Assembly: GCA_965223385.1 (NCBI GenBank) | Contig: CBDCWR010000007.1 | Location: 2,413,803-2,477,802, forward strand | Source: Candidatus Multivoraceae bacterium | GTDB taxonomy: Bacteria; Acidobacteriota; Thermoanaerobaculia; Multivoradales; Multivoraceae | DNA: 64,000 bases | Direction: 5' to 3' | Part shown: piece after piece, positions 46,848-56,781 of the stretch | Layout of the letters: each line of letters begins with the position of its first letter | Numbering within the stretch: the first letter of the stretch is position 1 | Notes under the pieces: model-generated | What the model was told of the DNA's origin: nothing | Seen by the model: only the letters and a program-made list of their open reading frames with translations | Databases searched by the model: none | Position numbers and translations under genes: made by a program

Positions 46848-48089
46848 CTAGTTGCCGCAGTTTCCGTCCGCGTCGCACAGAACGATCGCGGTCGGACCCG
46901 AACCGCCGGAGGCCGGCGGCGCGGCAAACGGGTCCTGCATGTGGATGTTGAACCCGGCCTGCTCCGCACCGGGCGGAAGCACGATGATCGTGGCGAAGTT
47001 CCAGATGTCCGTGGTGGGGTCGTTGCTCTCGTTGACACCGTTCCAGAACTCCTCCTCACCCGGAATCGGCTGAAGCGGAGTCGTACTGAAACCGCCGGGG
47101 CCGATCTCGTCCACGTAGATCACGTAGGGAGCCCCCGGGGTCAGCCCGTGGAGACGGAACGTGCCGTCGCCACGGCCCTGGCCGGAGAACGCCTGGTTGA
47201 AGCCCGTGATCGCCGACACCGCGTCGAAGAAGGGCTCGTTGATGTTGCGCGCGATCACGTTGACACCGTTGATCGGCTTGCCGTTCGGGTCGAACACCTT
47301 GCCGATGATCTTCGAGCGCTGGCGGCGATAGCCCCGCGCCGGGTAGAGCTCGGAGAAGTAGGTGATGTCGTCCATTCCCGGCGAGTCCGTCCCGAGGAAG
47401 ATCCCGGCGGAGTTCCCGAAGTAGAACGGGTACATCGTGGCGACCGAGGTCAGGTCGTTGATGCTGGTGACCGGGAACAGATCCGCCTGCGGGCCGGTGC
47501 CGTCGCCGATCAGCCAGAAGCCGTTCGTCTGAGTGTGGGCGAGGTTCGAGTAGTGCCCGAACTCGTGCACGCTCACGTCGAGGGCGGCGCGGAGGGTGTC
47601 CGGCGACACCGGGTTGTCGGAGAATGCCGCGCCGTTGAGGACCGCGAGACCCTCGATCAGCGTACAGCCGATCGCCCAGTCGGGGCCCGCGAAGCCGAGG
47701 ACTCCCGAGCCGGGTCCGAACAGGAAGTCGGTGACCGAGCCGTCCTCGTCGAAGACGATCTCGGAGAGGCCGTTCGGGCCGGCCGCGGTGAAGATCGCCA
47801 GCACTTCGGCGAGCCCGTGGTCGGTGGGCAGTGCGCCCGCGTTCTTGTACGTGGCGCCCGCGGTGGCGATGTTCTGCCACGCACCAAACGCAGAGTCGAC
47901 GAGGGCCACGGCGGCCGCATTGTCGAGCGTTCCGAGGTTGCCGATGTCCGGGTTGTAGGGAATGTTCTTCGGCGCCCAGCGATACGGGACGTTGTTGAAG
48001 CAGTTGATCAACGGGCCCGCGGCGAGTGCAACCTGGCTTCCGACCAGGAGGAGAACGAGTGCGAGAAGGGTCGTCTTGCGAAGGTTCAT
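46848..48089 (-). CDS. Secreted metzincin-like zinc metalloprotease (HEFGHYSNLAH)
   Basis: A 413-aa product with a signal peptide and the zinc motif VHEFGHYSNLAH (HExxHxxNxxH). Confidence 0.65.
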   Translation of the reverse strand: MNLRKTTLLALVLLLVGSQVALAAGPLINCFNNVPYRWAPKNIPYNPDIGNLGTLDNAAAVALVDSAFGAWQNIATAGATYKNAGALPTDHGLAEVLAIFTAAGPNGLSEIVFDEDGSVTDFLFGPGSGVLGFAGPDWAIGCTLIEGLAVLNGAAFSDNPVSPDTLRAALDVSVHEFGHYSNLAHTQTNGFWLIGDGTGPQADLFPVTSINDLTSVATMYPFYFGNSAGIFLGTDSPGMDDITYFSELYPARGYRRQRSKIIGKVFDPNGKPINGVNVIARNINEPFFDAVSAITGFNQAFSGQGRGDGTFRLHGLTPGAPYVIYVDEIGPGGFSTTPLQPIPGEEEFWNGVNESNDPTTDIWNFATIIVLPPGAEQAGFNIHMQDPFAAPPASGGSGPTAIVLCDADGNCGN

Positions 48090-48099
48090 CTCATGCCTC

Positions 48100-48705
48100 C
48101 TAGCGGTTCACCGACCGACGGATCTCGGCGGTCAGGACGTCGACGGGAAGGCGGATGCCGGAAGCAGAGGCCGACGACTCCATGCCCTCGAAGAGACCGG
48201 CGTTGCCCGCCTCGTTGATGGCGACGCGACGGCCGGCGATCTCACGGATGGCGAAAAGGCCCTGGCCGAGGCCGACGAAGTTCGAGAGACCGGCAACGCT
48301 GTTGGCCGTCTTGAAGACGATGTACTCGCCGCCCTCACGAACCTGGGGCAGATGCGCGAACATGCCAATGCGATGCACCTTGGCGAAGGCAGGGCTCTCG
48401 GCGCGGAACGGCGCGAGCATGGTCATCTCCATGGTGCGCGTTTCGATGCCGCCACCGCGGCGCTGCAGGGCTCCGCTGCCCTTGAAGCTGTCGGTCACGG
48501 CGAACGTGACGACGTGGACGGGGAGCGAGACTCCCTGCACGTCGAGCTGCGACTCGCGGACCTCGAGAACTTTGCCTTGAATGATGGCGTCGGCGTTTCC
48601 GGCGAGCGCGTCCAGGTTCATCGACTTGACGAACGTGGCACCCGTCGGGAGCGCGAGGAAAAGACAGGCGACCGCAAGCGCGGCGAACCATCTCCTCTGG
48701 TTCAT
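48100..48705 (-). CDS. Hypothetical secreted protein
   Basis: About 201 aa from MNQRRWFAALAVACLFLALPTGA (signal peptide). It is immediately upstream of, and co-directional with, the metalloprotease. Confidence 0.5.
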   Translation of the reverse strand: MNQRRWFAALAVACLFLALPTGATFVKSMNLDALAGNADAIIQGKVLEVRESQLDVQGVSLPVHVVTFAVTDSFKGSGALQRRGGGIETRTMEMTMLAPFRAESPAFAKVHRIGMFAHLPQVREGGEYIVFKTANSVAGLSNFVGLGQGLFAIREIAGRRVAINEAGNAGLFEGMESSASASGIRLPVDVLTAEIRRSVNR

Positions 48706-49273
48706 GAACACTCTCCTTGTGAGGGATGCGGCTCGGGCAGCCAACCTCCCCCGGTTAGCTCAGCGCGATGCCCGTTGCCTCGCCGCGCTCGGGAACGTCT
48801 CCCGAAACAACGGCCAGGGCGCGTCCACGGACATCGCTCCATTCAAGCTGGCTTTGAGAGCCAGGGTAGTCGATGTGCGCCCACTTTTCGAGAGGTCGCT
48901 CGGCGACGATTTGTGTCGGTTGGACACATTTCGGGAGTTGGTGCCGGGATGCCGGGACGGGGCGCCGTCAAGGGCGAGCTCGAGCGCCCCCCGGGGACGC
49001 GCGCGGCGCTTCGACGCGAGCGCCGCGGATCTCCCTGAACCAGCTGGAGCTTCGCCCCAGCACCGCTGGTGCACAGGGAGAGCGACGGACCGCGGGCCCG
49101 GCGCGGGTCGCGGCCCGAGGAGCCTCCGCACGGCCTCGTGACAAAAAGTCGACCTCTGAAAAGTTGCCGCAGGATTTCTTGACAACATTCGGGCCGGCAA
49201 GCGGAGAGCCGTGCCCGGCGGACCCGCCGGACCATCCGATGCGACCTCACCGCGCGAACCTCCACGTCAGACG

Positions 49274-50263
49274 ATGAACGCTCGACAACCCACCATTGCC
49301 GTCGTGGGAGCCGGCCTCAGCGGCCTCACGTGTGCCCGCGCACTGTCGCGTCGCGGCGTGGTCGTGCGCGTCTTCGACAAGGCGCGAGGCCCGGGCGGCC
49401 GCATGGCGACGCGTCGCCAGGGGGAGGCGCAGTTCGATCATGGCGCGCAGTACTTCACGGTGCGCCACCCGTCGTTTCGTCAGCAGGTCGACCGCTGGAT
49501 CGCGTCCGGTGTCGCCGCGGCGTGGAACGGCGTGGTCGCCGTGCTCGAGCGAGGGGCCGTCTCGCCGACGGCGAACGCGACCGAGCGCTTCGTGGGTGTG
49601 CCCCGCATGAGTGCGATCACGCGCGCGCAGGCGGCTGGGCTGGACCTGGTGCTCGAGGCGCGCGTCGTGGAGCTGCGCCGGGGCGAGCGCGGCTGGAGCT
49701 TGCGCACCGAAGCGGGCGACGAGGGGCCGTTCGACGAGGTCGTGCTCACGGTTCCCGCACCGCAGGCTGTGGGGCTTCTGGCTGTCGCCCCGTCGCTCGA
49801 GGCGCGGGCTCGCGCCGTCGACATCGCTCCGTGCTGGGCCGCGATGGTCGAGCTGGCGACGCCTCTCGACGTTCCGTTCGACGGCGCCTTCGTCCACCGC
49901 TCGGGCCTCTCATGGATCGCCCGCGACTCCAGCAAGCCGGGCCGTCCTCCGGGGGAGCGGTGGGTGCTGCACGCGGCCCCGGGGTGGTCGAGGCAGCGGC
50001 TGCAGCTCGAGCGGGATCAGGCTCTCCCCCTGCTCCTCGAAGAGCTCGCGAGTGCTCTCGGGCGCCCCCTGCCGACGGTCTCACACGCTGCAGCCCACCG
50101 CTGGCGCTTCGCGCTGCCGGAGGAGCCGCTCGACGAAGGTCTGCTGCACGCGCCCGAGCGCGGCATCACCGTGTGTGGCGACTGGTGTGCGGGTGCGCGG
50201 GTGGAGGGCGCCTACCTGAGCGGTGTGGCGGCGGCGGAGCAGCTCCTCGCACGCCTCGCTTGA
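49274..50263 (+). CDS. FAD/NAD(P)-binding oxidoreductase (renalase/amine-oxidase-like)
   Basis: TIAVVGAGLSGLTCARAL Rossmann dinucleotide motif at the N-terminus. About 329 aa. Confidence 0.7.
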   Translation: MNARQPTIAVVGAGLSGLTCARALSRRGVVVRVFDKARGPGGRMATRRQGEAQFDHGAQYFTVRHPSFRQQVDRWIASGVAAAWNGVVAVLERGAVSPTANATERFVGVPRMSAITRAQAAGLDLVLEARVVELRRGERGWSLRTEAGDEGPFDEVVLTVPAPQAVGLLAVAPSLEARARAVDIAPCWAAMVELATPLDVPFDGAFVHRSGLSWIARDSSKPGRPPGERWVLHAAPGWSRQRLQLERDQALPLLLEELASALGRPLPTVSHAAAHRWRFALPEEPLDEGLLHAPERGITVCGDWCAGARVEGAYLSGVAAAEQLLARLA

Positions 50264-50284
50264 AGCCGCAGCGCGCCCGCACGC

Positions 50285-50917
50285 CTACAGCTCGAGCTCT
50301 CGCTCCAGCTCGTCTTCGCTGACGCTCACGTTGCCAGTTGTCGTCGCCTCCGGGGCGATCTCCTGGTGCGCGGGCATCTCGGCCAGGGTCAGCCAGCGCT
50401 CGCCCACCGCGCGACACTCGCCGGGAGACACCTGGCGGTGGAAGCGGTTCTGCTCGTCGAGGCGGGTCATGATCCCCTTGCACTGCTGCCCGCGGGGGAT
50501 GTCGCGCAGGCCGAGGACGTGGCCGAGCTCGTGGGCCAGATTCAGGTGGCGAAAGCCGCACGACACGCGCTCGCCGCTCGCGCGGGTGGCAAAGCGGTAG
50601 ATGCGGACCTCGCGACCGCGAAACTCTGCGCAGCGTCGGTCGCCGCTCGATCCGTTCTTGAACACGACGCGGATCGTCTGGTCACCCGGACCGTCCGCTA
50701 CGAACTCGGGGAAGTCGCGCCCATAGTTCTCGCACTGCTTCCAGGCCTGGATCGCTCCCCGAATCCATCGCGCGCGGCCACCCTCGCGGATGAGGCCGAT
50801 CGATCCCGAGCGCAGGCGACTGTCGTTGTGCGTCTGCACGCAGGCCTCGGGCTCGGTCGCAACCGCCGGCTCTTCGCTGCCGGCGAGGATCGCGAAAAGG
50901 AGCAGAGCGTGGAGCAT
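50285..50917 (-). CDS. Small secreted snapalysin-like (M7) zinc metalloprotease
   Basis: A 210-aa product from MLHALLLFAILAGS with the zinc motif AHELGHVLGLRD (HExxHxxGxxD, as in snapalysin). The upstream 200 codons of ORF 50285..51526 are low-complexity. Confidence 0.6.
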   Translation of the reverse strand: MLHALLLFAILAGSEEPAVATEPEACVQTHNDSRLRSGSIGLIREGGRARWIRGAIQAWKQCENYGRDFPEFVADGPGDQTIRVVFKNGSSGDRRCAEFRGREVRIYRFATRASGERVSCGFRHLNLAHELGHVLGLRDIPRGQQCKGIMTRLDEQNRFHRQVSPGECRAVGERWLTLAEMPAHQEIAPEATTTGNVSVSEDELERELEL

Positions 50918-51125
50918 GTCGGACCTCCGATCTCTCGGCGCTTCCGAGACGGTGCGGAGGTCCATCCACCGTTGCCTCGACGGTGCGCGCGAAAGGAAAG
51001 AAACTGAGCGTGTTGGCCGTTGGTACGCCGCAGGCAGGCCGACGTTGCCTGTGACGAGCGCGCCCGTGACGGCTGGGAGGCGACGTGGGACCGGTGGGGG
51101 TCCTCGCGCGACCGGCGGTCGCGCC

Positions 51126-52493
51126 TCAACGCCCGAGGTGAGGCTCGAGGAGGAGGCGGACCTTGTCTCCCCAGTAGTCGTCGTCTGCGAGCGGCGCGTA
51201 GGTGGTTGCGATGCGTTGGAGCGTTTCGCCGGCGAGTGGGCGCGCGGCGAGGGGACGGTTGCTGCGCAGCACGTCGTCCAACATCGGGACCAGGGGCAGC
51301 TGCATCTGCAGCCGATCCGTGTCGACGCCGCGCGCGATCTCCTGCAGCACACGGTCCGCGTCGTCGTCGTCGAGCTGGCGCATTCCCTCGACCAGCCGGG
51401 AGCTGACGATCTCGAGCACCTCGAGATCGCTCGTCGGCAAGGAGGAGGGCGGCTCGAAGAGGTCGAAGGCGGAGAAGAGCGCAGCATCCGTCGAGGTGTC
51501 GGGTGTCCAGGCGACGCCCACGTCACCGAGCTCTCCGAGCGCGACCCGGCTCTGCTCGACCGGGTAGACGCGTGCCGTTCCGGTCACCTGGCCGACGACG
51601 GTGTCGCGCACCGACGTGAGGAGGTGGCCCGGAGGGCCCGGCAGACGGAGGAGGAGCGGCCCCCCCACGAAGCACAGGAAGGCCAGTGCGAGCGACAGGG
51701 GAGCGCGGAGGAGCCACGGGAACGGAAGGCCGGCGGGAGCACCCGCCGCCACGAGCACGGGGATCGCGAGCAGCACCCACGGAACGATGCGGGGCCAGGT
51801 GACCTGCGGCAGGAGGAGCTCCTGCTGGCGCACGGGGATCCGAAGGGTCGAGCCCGTCTCGGCGCCGACGGTGGGGATCGGGCCCCGATGAGACCAAGCT
51901 GCACGAACGCGATCGGCAGGCGCGTCGATCTGCAGACCGAGCACGTCCAGTGCGGACGCATCCGGCTGCCAGGCGGGAATGTCGAGCATGAGCCGGGGTG
52001 GGTGCGATGCGAGCCAGTCGCGCGTGGCAGCGCTCATGTAGACGTCGACGCGCGGATTTCCCCGCGCATCGAGCCAAGGGAGCTGCGGCCCCCAATCGCT
52101 CAGGAACGAAGAGAACGTCGCCTCGCGGACCGGCTCGATCCTCTGGCAGTAGCCCGTGCCGTCGCTGAACGTGGCGCAGAGGTCGGCGCGCGCCGCGGTG
52201 ATCCAGTTGGTGCTCGCGGTGGGCGCTTCGGTGTCGAGATCGAGCTCCCACCACGACCGGGTGACCTGGGCGTCGCCAACGACTCGCAGCTCCTCGAGGG
52301 TCGACCGTGCCGACTGCAGCTCCTGCGCCACCGGGCGGGCGAGGGCCATCAAGACGAGGGCAAACGACGCAGACACGACCATGGCCGCGCATCCGGTCGT
52401 GGTGCGCAGCAGAAGTCGGGCCCCCTGGGCCTGGGTCGGGTGCGCGCTGTCGTTTCGTAGGATCATGCTCAGCTCCGGCGGGCCGGGGTTCAC
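51126..52493 (-). CDS. Hypothetical membrane protein
   Basis: A 455-aa ORF with central TM segments (WPRIVPWVLLAIPVLVAAGAP..., LALAFLCFVGGPLLL). No motif recognised. The start is uncertain (possibly MILRND or MVVSAS). Confidence 0.5.
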   Translation of the reverse strand: MNPGPPELSMILRNDSAHPTQAQGARLLLRTTTGCAAMVVSASFALVLMALARPVAQELQSARSTLEELRVVGDAQVTRSWWELDLDTEAPTASTNWITAARADLCATFSDGTGYCQRIEPVREATFSSFLSDWGPQLPWLDARGNPRVDVYMSAATRDWLASHPPRLMLDIPAWQPDASALDVLGLQIDAPADRVRAAWSHRGPIPTVGAETGSTLRIPVRQQELLLPQVTWPRIVPWVLLAIPVLVAAGAPAGLPFPWLLRAPLSLALAFLCFVGGPLLLRLPGPPGHLLTSVRDTVVGQVTGTARVYPVEQSRVALGELGDVGVAWTPDTSTDAALFSAFDLFEPPSSLPTSDLEVLEIVSSRLVEGMRQLDDDDADRVLQEIARGVDTDRLQMQLPLVPMLDDVLRSNRPLAARPLAGETLQRIATTYAPLADDDYWGDKVRLLLEPHLGR

Positions 52494-52634
52494 CTCATTT
52501 CACGACAAATGGAGTCGGCCTCCGTCATGCGGGGCCCGGACACACTCTCTCAGAGCCGGAGGGTGGTGGGGTGGGTGTCGATAGACTCGGCTTTCGTCGT
52601 GCACCCGAGATCGCAGCGCGACGGAGGGGGAAGA

Positions 52635-53240
52635 TTGGCTCGCGAGACGAAAGACCGGGACGACGTGACGACGCTCCTTGCCGCTTGGCAGGAGGGCGAC
52701 GAAACGGCTCGGAACCAGCTGCTCGACGCGGTGTATGCGCAGCTGCGTCGTCTGGCGGCGGGCCAGCTCCGGCGCCACGGCGCTGCGGCCACCCTGCAGC
52801 CGACCGAGCTCGTGCACGAGGCCTTCTTTCGGCTCGAGCGTGCGGGCGGCATCCAGGACCGGGATCACTTCATGGCGATCTGCGCGACGGCCATGCGGCA
52901 CATCCTGATCGACGCCGCAAAGCGGCGCGCGCGCCTCAAGCGCGGAGGTGGGCAGAAGGACGTCACGCTGGAGGAGGCTCTGCTGCCCCACGACGAGGAC
53001 GTGGAGCGGGTGCTGGCGGTGGGCGAAGCTCTCGACCGCCTCCGCGCGATCGACGAACGGCTCGTCCAGGTGCTCGAGTGCCGCTTCTTCAGCGGGCTGA
53101 CGGAAGCGGAGACCGCAAGGGCCCTGGGGGTTTCCAGTCGCACGGTCACGCGCGACTGGGTGCGCGCGCGGGCCTGGCTCGCGCGCACACTCGGGGACCG
53201 CTTCGGAGCCCAGGGCGAAGGGGCTGATGTCGCCCACTGA
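52635..53240 (+). CDS. ECF-type sigma factor (PF07638-like sigma-70 family)
   Basis: TTG at 52635 has a GGAGGGGG RBS 6 nt upstream. DVTTLLAAWQEGDETARNQLLDAVYAQLRRLAA...LTEAETARALGVSSRTVTRDW shows the sigma2 and sigma4 regions. The in-frame ATG ORF starts at 52509. The stop overlaps the kinase start. Confidence 0.7.
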   Translation: MARETKDRDDVTTLLAAWQEGDETARNQLLDAVYAQLRRLAAGQLRRHGAAATLQPTELVHEAFFRLERAGGIQDRDHFMAICATAMRHILIDAAKRRARLKRGGGQKDVTLEEALLPHDEDVERVLAVGEALDRLRAIDERLVQVLECRFFSGLTEAETARALGVSSRTVTRDWVRARAWLARTLGDRFGAQGEGADVAH

Positions 53241-55788
53241 TCCCGGCTTCGATCGCAGGGTGGACGAGATCTTCTCGCGCCTGCTGGACGCGGCGGAGGC
53301 CGAGCGCGAGGGTCTTCTGCGGCACGAATGCGGGGGCGACGCCGACCTCGAGCGTGAGGTGCGGCTGCTCCTCGAGGCGGCGGAGAGGCAGTCGGCGGGC
53401 GACACGGAGACCTGGATGCGACCGGTCACGTGGCTGGCTGCCGACGGATCACCTCCAGAGCGCGTCGGAGCGTTCGAGGTGCTGCGCGAGATCGGGCGCG
53501 GTGGCATGGGGGTCGTCTACCTGGCCGAGCGCACGGACGGCACGTACGAGCAGAAGGTGGCCCTCAAGGTGCTTCACGAGGCTTCGCAGGAGCGCGAGCG
53601 CTTCGTGCACGAGCGTCAGATCCTCGCCCAGCTCGACCACCCGGGGATCGCCCGCATTCTCGACGGAGGCGTGCTCGACGACGGTCGCCCGTACTTCGCC
53701 ATGGAGTACGTCGTGGGGCGCACGATCGAGCGCTACGCGGAGGAGGAGCGGCTCGACCTCGAGGCCCGGCTCCAGCTCGTGCTGGACCTCTGTGGCGCGG
53801 TCGACGCCGCGCACCGTGCCCTCGTGGTGCACCGCGACATCAAACCGTCCAACGTGCTCATCGACGAAGAGCGTCGCGTGCGGCTCCTCGACTTCGGCAT
53901 TGCGAAGTCGCTCGGAGTCGAGGGCGAGCTGACGAAGACCGGACACCGCGCGATGACTCCCCAGTACGCGTCGCCGGAGCAGTACCTCGGTCAGGCGGTC
54001 ACCGTGGCGTCCGACGTGTACCAGCTGGGCCTCCTCGCCTACGAGCTCGTCGCGCGCAAGCGTCCCTACGAGCTGGGTGGGACGACGCCGGTCGAGTCGG
54101 TGCGGCTCGTGTGTGAGCAGGTGCCCCAGCCGCCGAGCATGGCGCGCGTGGAGGGTGCGGCGCCGCTCGACATCTCGCCCGACCTCGATCTCGTGCTGAT
54201 GAAGGCGCTCCACAAAGATCCCGAGAGGCGCTACACGACGGCCGCGAGCTTCGCCGACGACCTGCGGCGTTTCCTTCAGAGCGAGCCCGTCACCGCGCGC
54301 CCCGACTCCCTGCTCTACAGAGCGCGCCTCTTCGCTCGGCGAAACGTGGCCGCGGTGTCGATGGCGCTCTTGATGCTCGCGACGCTCCTGGGCTCCGGGT
54401 GGTGGTACCTCCACCAGATCGGAGTGGAGCGCCGCGCCACCGAGGCGGCCGCCGAGCTCGCCGAAGAGCAGCGGGACCGGGCGCGCCAGACGGTCTCCTT
54501 CCTGATCGACATCTTCGGCGACGTGGATCCGATCTTCGGCACGGATCCCAACGCGACCGTGCGCGAGATCGTCGAGCGCAGTGCTGCGCGTCTCGAAGGC
54601 GACTTCTCCGGCAGCGCGCACGACCGGGCCTCGCTTCTCGATGCGCTCTCGGTGATCGAGAGGCGCCAGGGGATGTTGGACGTTTCCATCGCGCACGGTC
54701 GGACGGCACTCGAGCTGGTCCGCAACGAAGAGGGGCACGCGGGCTCCGACGAGGTGATCCGGTTTGCGCTCAACCTGTCGCGCTCCCTCCATGCGGCCGG
54801 CGGATCGGAGGAAGCCAAGGAGGTGCTCGAAGGCGTGGTACCCGACCCGGACCTTTCTTCTGTCCGCGACCCCGATCTGCGCGCGACCTACTTCGCCGAG
54901 CTCTCCAAACCGGTCGCCCGTCTCGGTGACCTCGAGGCTGCGGAAGAGCTGCTGCTCGCCGCCCTCGAAGAGCCCGGGGGCCCGCGACCCGTCGTGCGGA
55001 CGCTCCTCGGGAACGTCTACCGGATCCAGGGGCGCTACGAGGAGGCGGTGACTCAGGCGGAGCTCGCTCTCGAGGGGCGCAAGCAGGAGCTCGGTGAGAC
55101 CCACCCGATGGTGGGCGACACGCACCGCGAGCTCGGTGTCGTGCTCATCGAAGCGGGGAGGCCGGCCGAGGCGATCCCCCACCTCGAACGGTCGCAGGAG
55201 ATGGCTTTGGGGAGATTCGAGGGCGATCACCGCATGCTGGCGAACAGCCTCTCGGTTCTGGGAGTCGCCTACTACGAGTCGGATCGACTGGTGGAGGCGG
55301 AGCGCGTTCATCGCGAGAGCCTGGCCATGATGCGGCGCCTTGCGATGCCTGAGCTCGGCCCCGGGCTCTCGAACCTCGCGAACACCCTCTTCAAGGCGGA
55401 TCGGAGCTCCCGCGAGGCGGTCGACCTGCATCGTGCTGCGCTCGCGTCGTTCGAAGCCCACGACGGCGAGCGCCACTGGAACGTGGGGATGGCGCTCAAC
55501 AACCTCGGAGAGGTGCTGGAGGCGCAGGGCGCTGTCGTGGAGGCGCGCACCGCGCTCGAGCGCGCCGACTCGATCTTCCGGGAGGTGTTCGGCGACGCAC
55601 ATCCCTTCGTGTCGCATCCCCTGGTCACGCTGGCGCGGCTGGCGGTGCGGGAGGGCGATCTCGCGACGGCGCAGCATCTTTATGCCGAGGCGCTCCGCAT
55701 TCGCGAGGGCACCTACGGACCGGACGCCCCCGAGACCCAAGAGGTGCGCGTCGCGATGTCGGACCTCGAGGCGCAGCCTTCGCCCTGA
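53227..55788 (+). CDS. Serine/threonine protein kinase with C-terminal TPR repeats
   Basis: An 853-aa product with GRGGMGVVYLA, VALKVL, HRDIKPSNVLI, DFGIAKS and APE kinase motifs, a TM segment, then TPR repeats. It is translationally coupled to the ECF sigma. Confidence 0.8.
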   Translation: MSPTDPGFDRRVDEIFSRLLDAAEAEREGLLRHECGGDADLEREVRLLLEAAERQSAGDTETWMRPVTWLAADGSPPERVGAFEVLREIGRGGMGVVYLAERTDGTYEQKVALKVLHEASQERERFVHERQILAQLDHPGIARILDGGVLDDGRPYFAMEYVVGRTIERYAEEERLDLEARLQLVLDLCGAVDAAHRALVVHRDIKPSNVLIDEERRVRLLDFGIAKSLGVEGELTKTGHRAMTPQYASPEQYLGQAVTVASDVYQLGLLAYELVARKRPYELGGTTPVESVRLVCEQVPQPPSMARVEGAAPLDISPDLDLVLMKALHKDPERRYTTAASFADDLRRFLQSEPVTARPDSLLYRARLFARRNVAAVSMALLMLATLLGSGWWYLHQIGVERRATEAAAELAEEQRDRARQTVSFLIDIFGDVDPIFGTDPNATVREIVERSAARLEGDFSGSAHDRASLLDALSVIERRQGMLDVSIAHGRTALELVRNEEGHAGSDEVIRFALNLSRSLHAAGGSEEAKEVLEGVVPDPDLSSVRDPDLRATYFAELSKPVARLGDLEAAEELLLAALEEPGGPRPVVRTLLGNVYRIQGRYEEAVTQAELALEGRKQELGETHPMVGDTHRELGVVLIEAGRPAEAIPHLERSQEMALGRFEGDHRMLANSLSVLGVAYYESDRLVEAERVHRESLAMMRRLAMPELGPGLSNLANTLFKADRSSREAVDLHRAALASFEAHDGERHWNVGMALNNLGEVLEAQGAVVEARTALERADSIFREVFGDAHPFVSHPLVTLARLAVREGDLATAQHLYAEALRIREGTYGPDAPETQEVRVAMSDLEAQPSP

Positions 55789-55792
55789 GCCG

Positions 55793-56599
55793 TCAGCGCC
55801 CGGACGCGTCGAGGCTCTGCAGCAGCTCGCTCAGGAGCTCGGCGGTCCTCTCCGGCTTCTCGGTGGGAATGCCGTGGCCGCAGTCTTCGATCAGCTCGAG
55901 GCGGGAGCCTCGGATCTGACGCGACATGATGACGCTGCCTCCGGGGGGCGTCAGCCTGTCTTCGAGCCCCTGCAGGATGAGCGTGGGGCAGCGGACCGCG
56001 GCGAGCTCGTCGGTGTAGTCGTACCGCGCGACGGCGCGGCATGCGGCGGCGTAGCTCCGCGGGTCGTTGCTCTCGGCGGTGAGCGCCGCCGCTTCGGCGA
56101 TCTCCTCCGCGTGACTCGCGCGGAACGACGGTGCGTACGACAGAGCCGGCCCGCCGGAGGCTTCGAAGACGCGGGCGAGTCCGACGCGCTCGACCTCGTC
56201 GGCGCGCGCGAGCCACGACGCCGCGGCCGCCTCGCCGACCATCGACGACGTGCTGATCGGCACGAGCGCCTGCGTGCGCTCGGGGTAGTCGAGTGCAAAG
56301 CGCTGGGCGATGACGCCGCCCATCGAGATGCCGCAGATCACCGCCTGCTCGATGGCGAGGTGGTCGAGGAGGTCGCAGAGCGCGCGCGCCCAGCCCGCCG
56401 GCGTCGGCGACTCCAGCGCCGGCGAGCTCCCGAAGCCCGGGACATCCCATCGGACGATGCGCGCCGTGCCTTCGAGGCGCGCGCAGAGGTCGTCCCAGTT
56501 CGCGAGGCTGCCTCCCAGACCGTGTGTCAGGACGAGTGTCGTCGCCTCGCCTCCGGTGTCTTCGAAGTGCAGCGTTCCGGACGGTGTCTCGAGGTGCAT
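55793..56599 (-). CDS. Alpha/beta-fold hydrolase
   Basis: A 268-aa product with a GISMGG nucleophile elbow and a C-terminal DCGHGIPTEKP His motif. Confidence 0.75.
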   Translation of the reverse strand: MHLETPSGTLHFEDTGGEATTLVLTHGLGGSLANWDDLCARLEGTARIVRWDVPGFGSSPALESPTPAGWARALCDLLDHLAIEQAVICGISMGGVIAQRFALDYPERTQALVPISTSSMVGEAAAASWLARADEVERVGLARVFEASGGPALSYAPSFRASHAEEIAEAAALTAESNDPRSYAAACRAVARYDYTDELAAVRCPTLILQGLEDRLTPPGGSVIMSRQIRGSRLELIEDCGHGIPTEKPERTAELLSELLQSLDASGR

Positions 56600-56670
56600 C
56601 GCGGTCTCCCGTGGAGGCGGTTCCGAGGCAGTCTAGCGACGCCCATGCGACCGACGTTCAGAATTCCGGT

Positions 56671-56700
56671 TTGACATCGGCTTCCTGCTCTCTCCATAAT
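56671..56700 (+). promoter_or_regulatory. Candidate sigma-70-type promoter (TTGACA - 18 nt - CATAAT) upstream of the Oar-like receptor gene
   Basis: Exact -35 hexamer and a near-consensus -10, about 80 bp upstream of the ATG at 56782, which has a GAGGAGGAG RBS. Confidence 0.3.
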
Positions 56701-56781
56701 CTGGCCACTAACTAAGGGTTACAGCGCCGCCCCCTCCCACCGTTCCGTGAGAGGTGCGGACTCCCCACTCGAGGAGGAGAG

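Noticed and set aside
53449-55740. 763-aa minus-strand ORF
   Set aside because: It is antisense to the Ser/Thr kinase gene, which has all Hanks motifs. No protein-like features.
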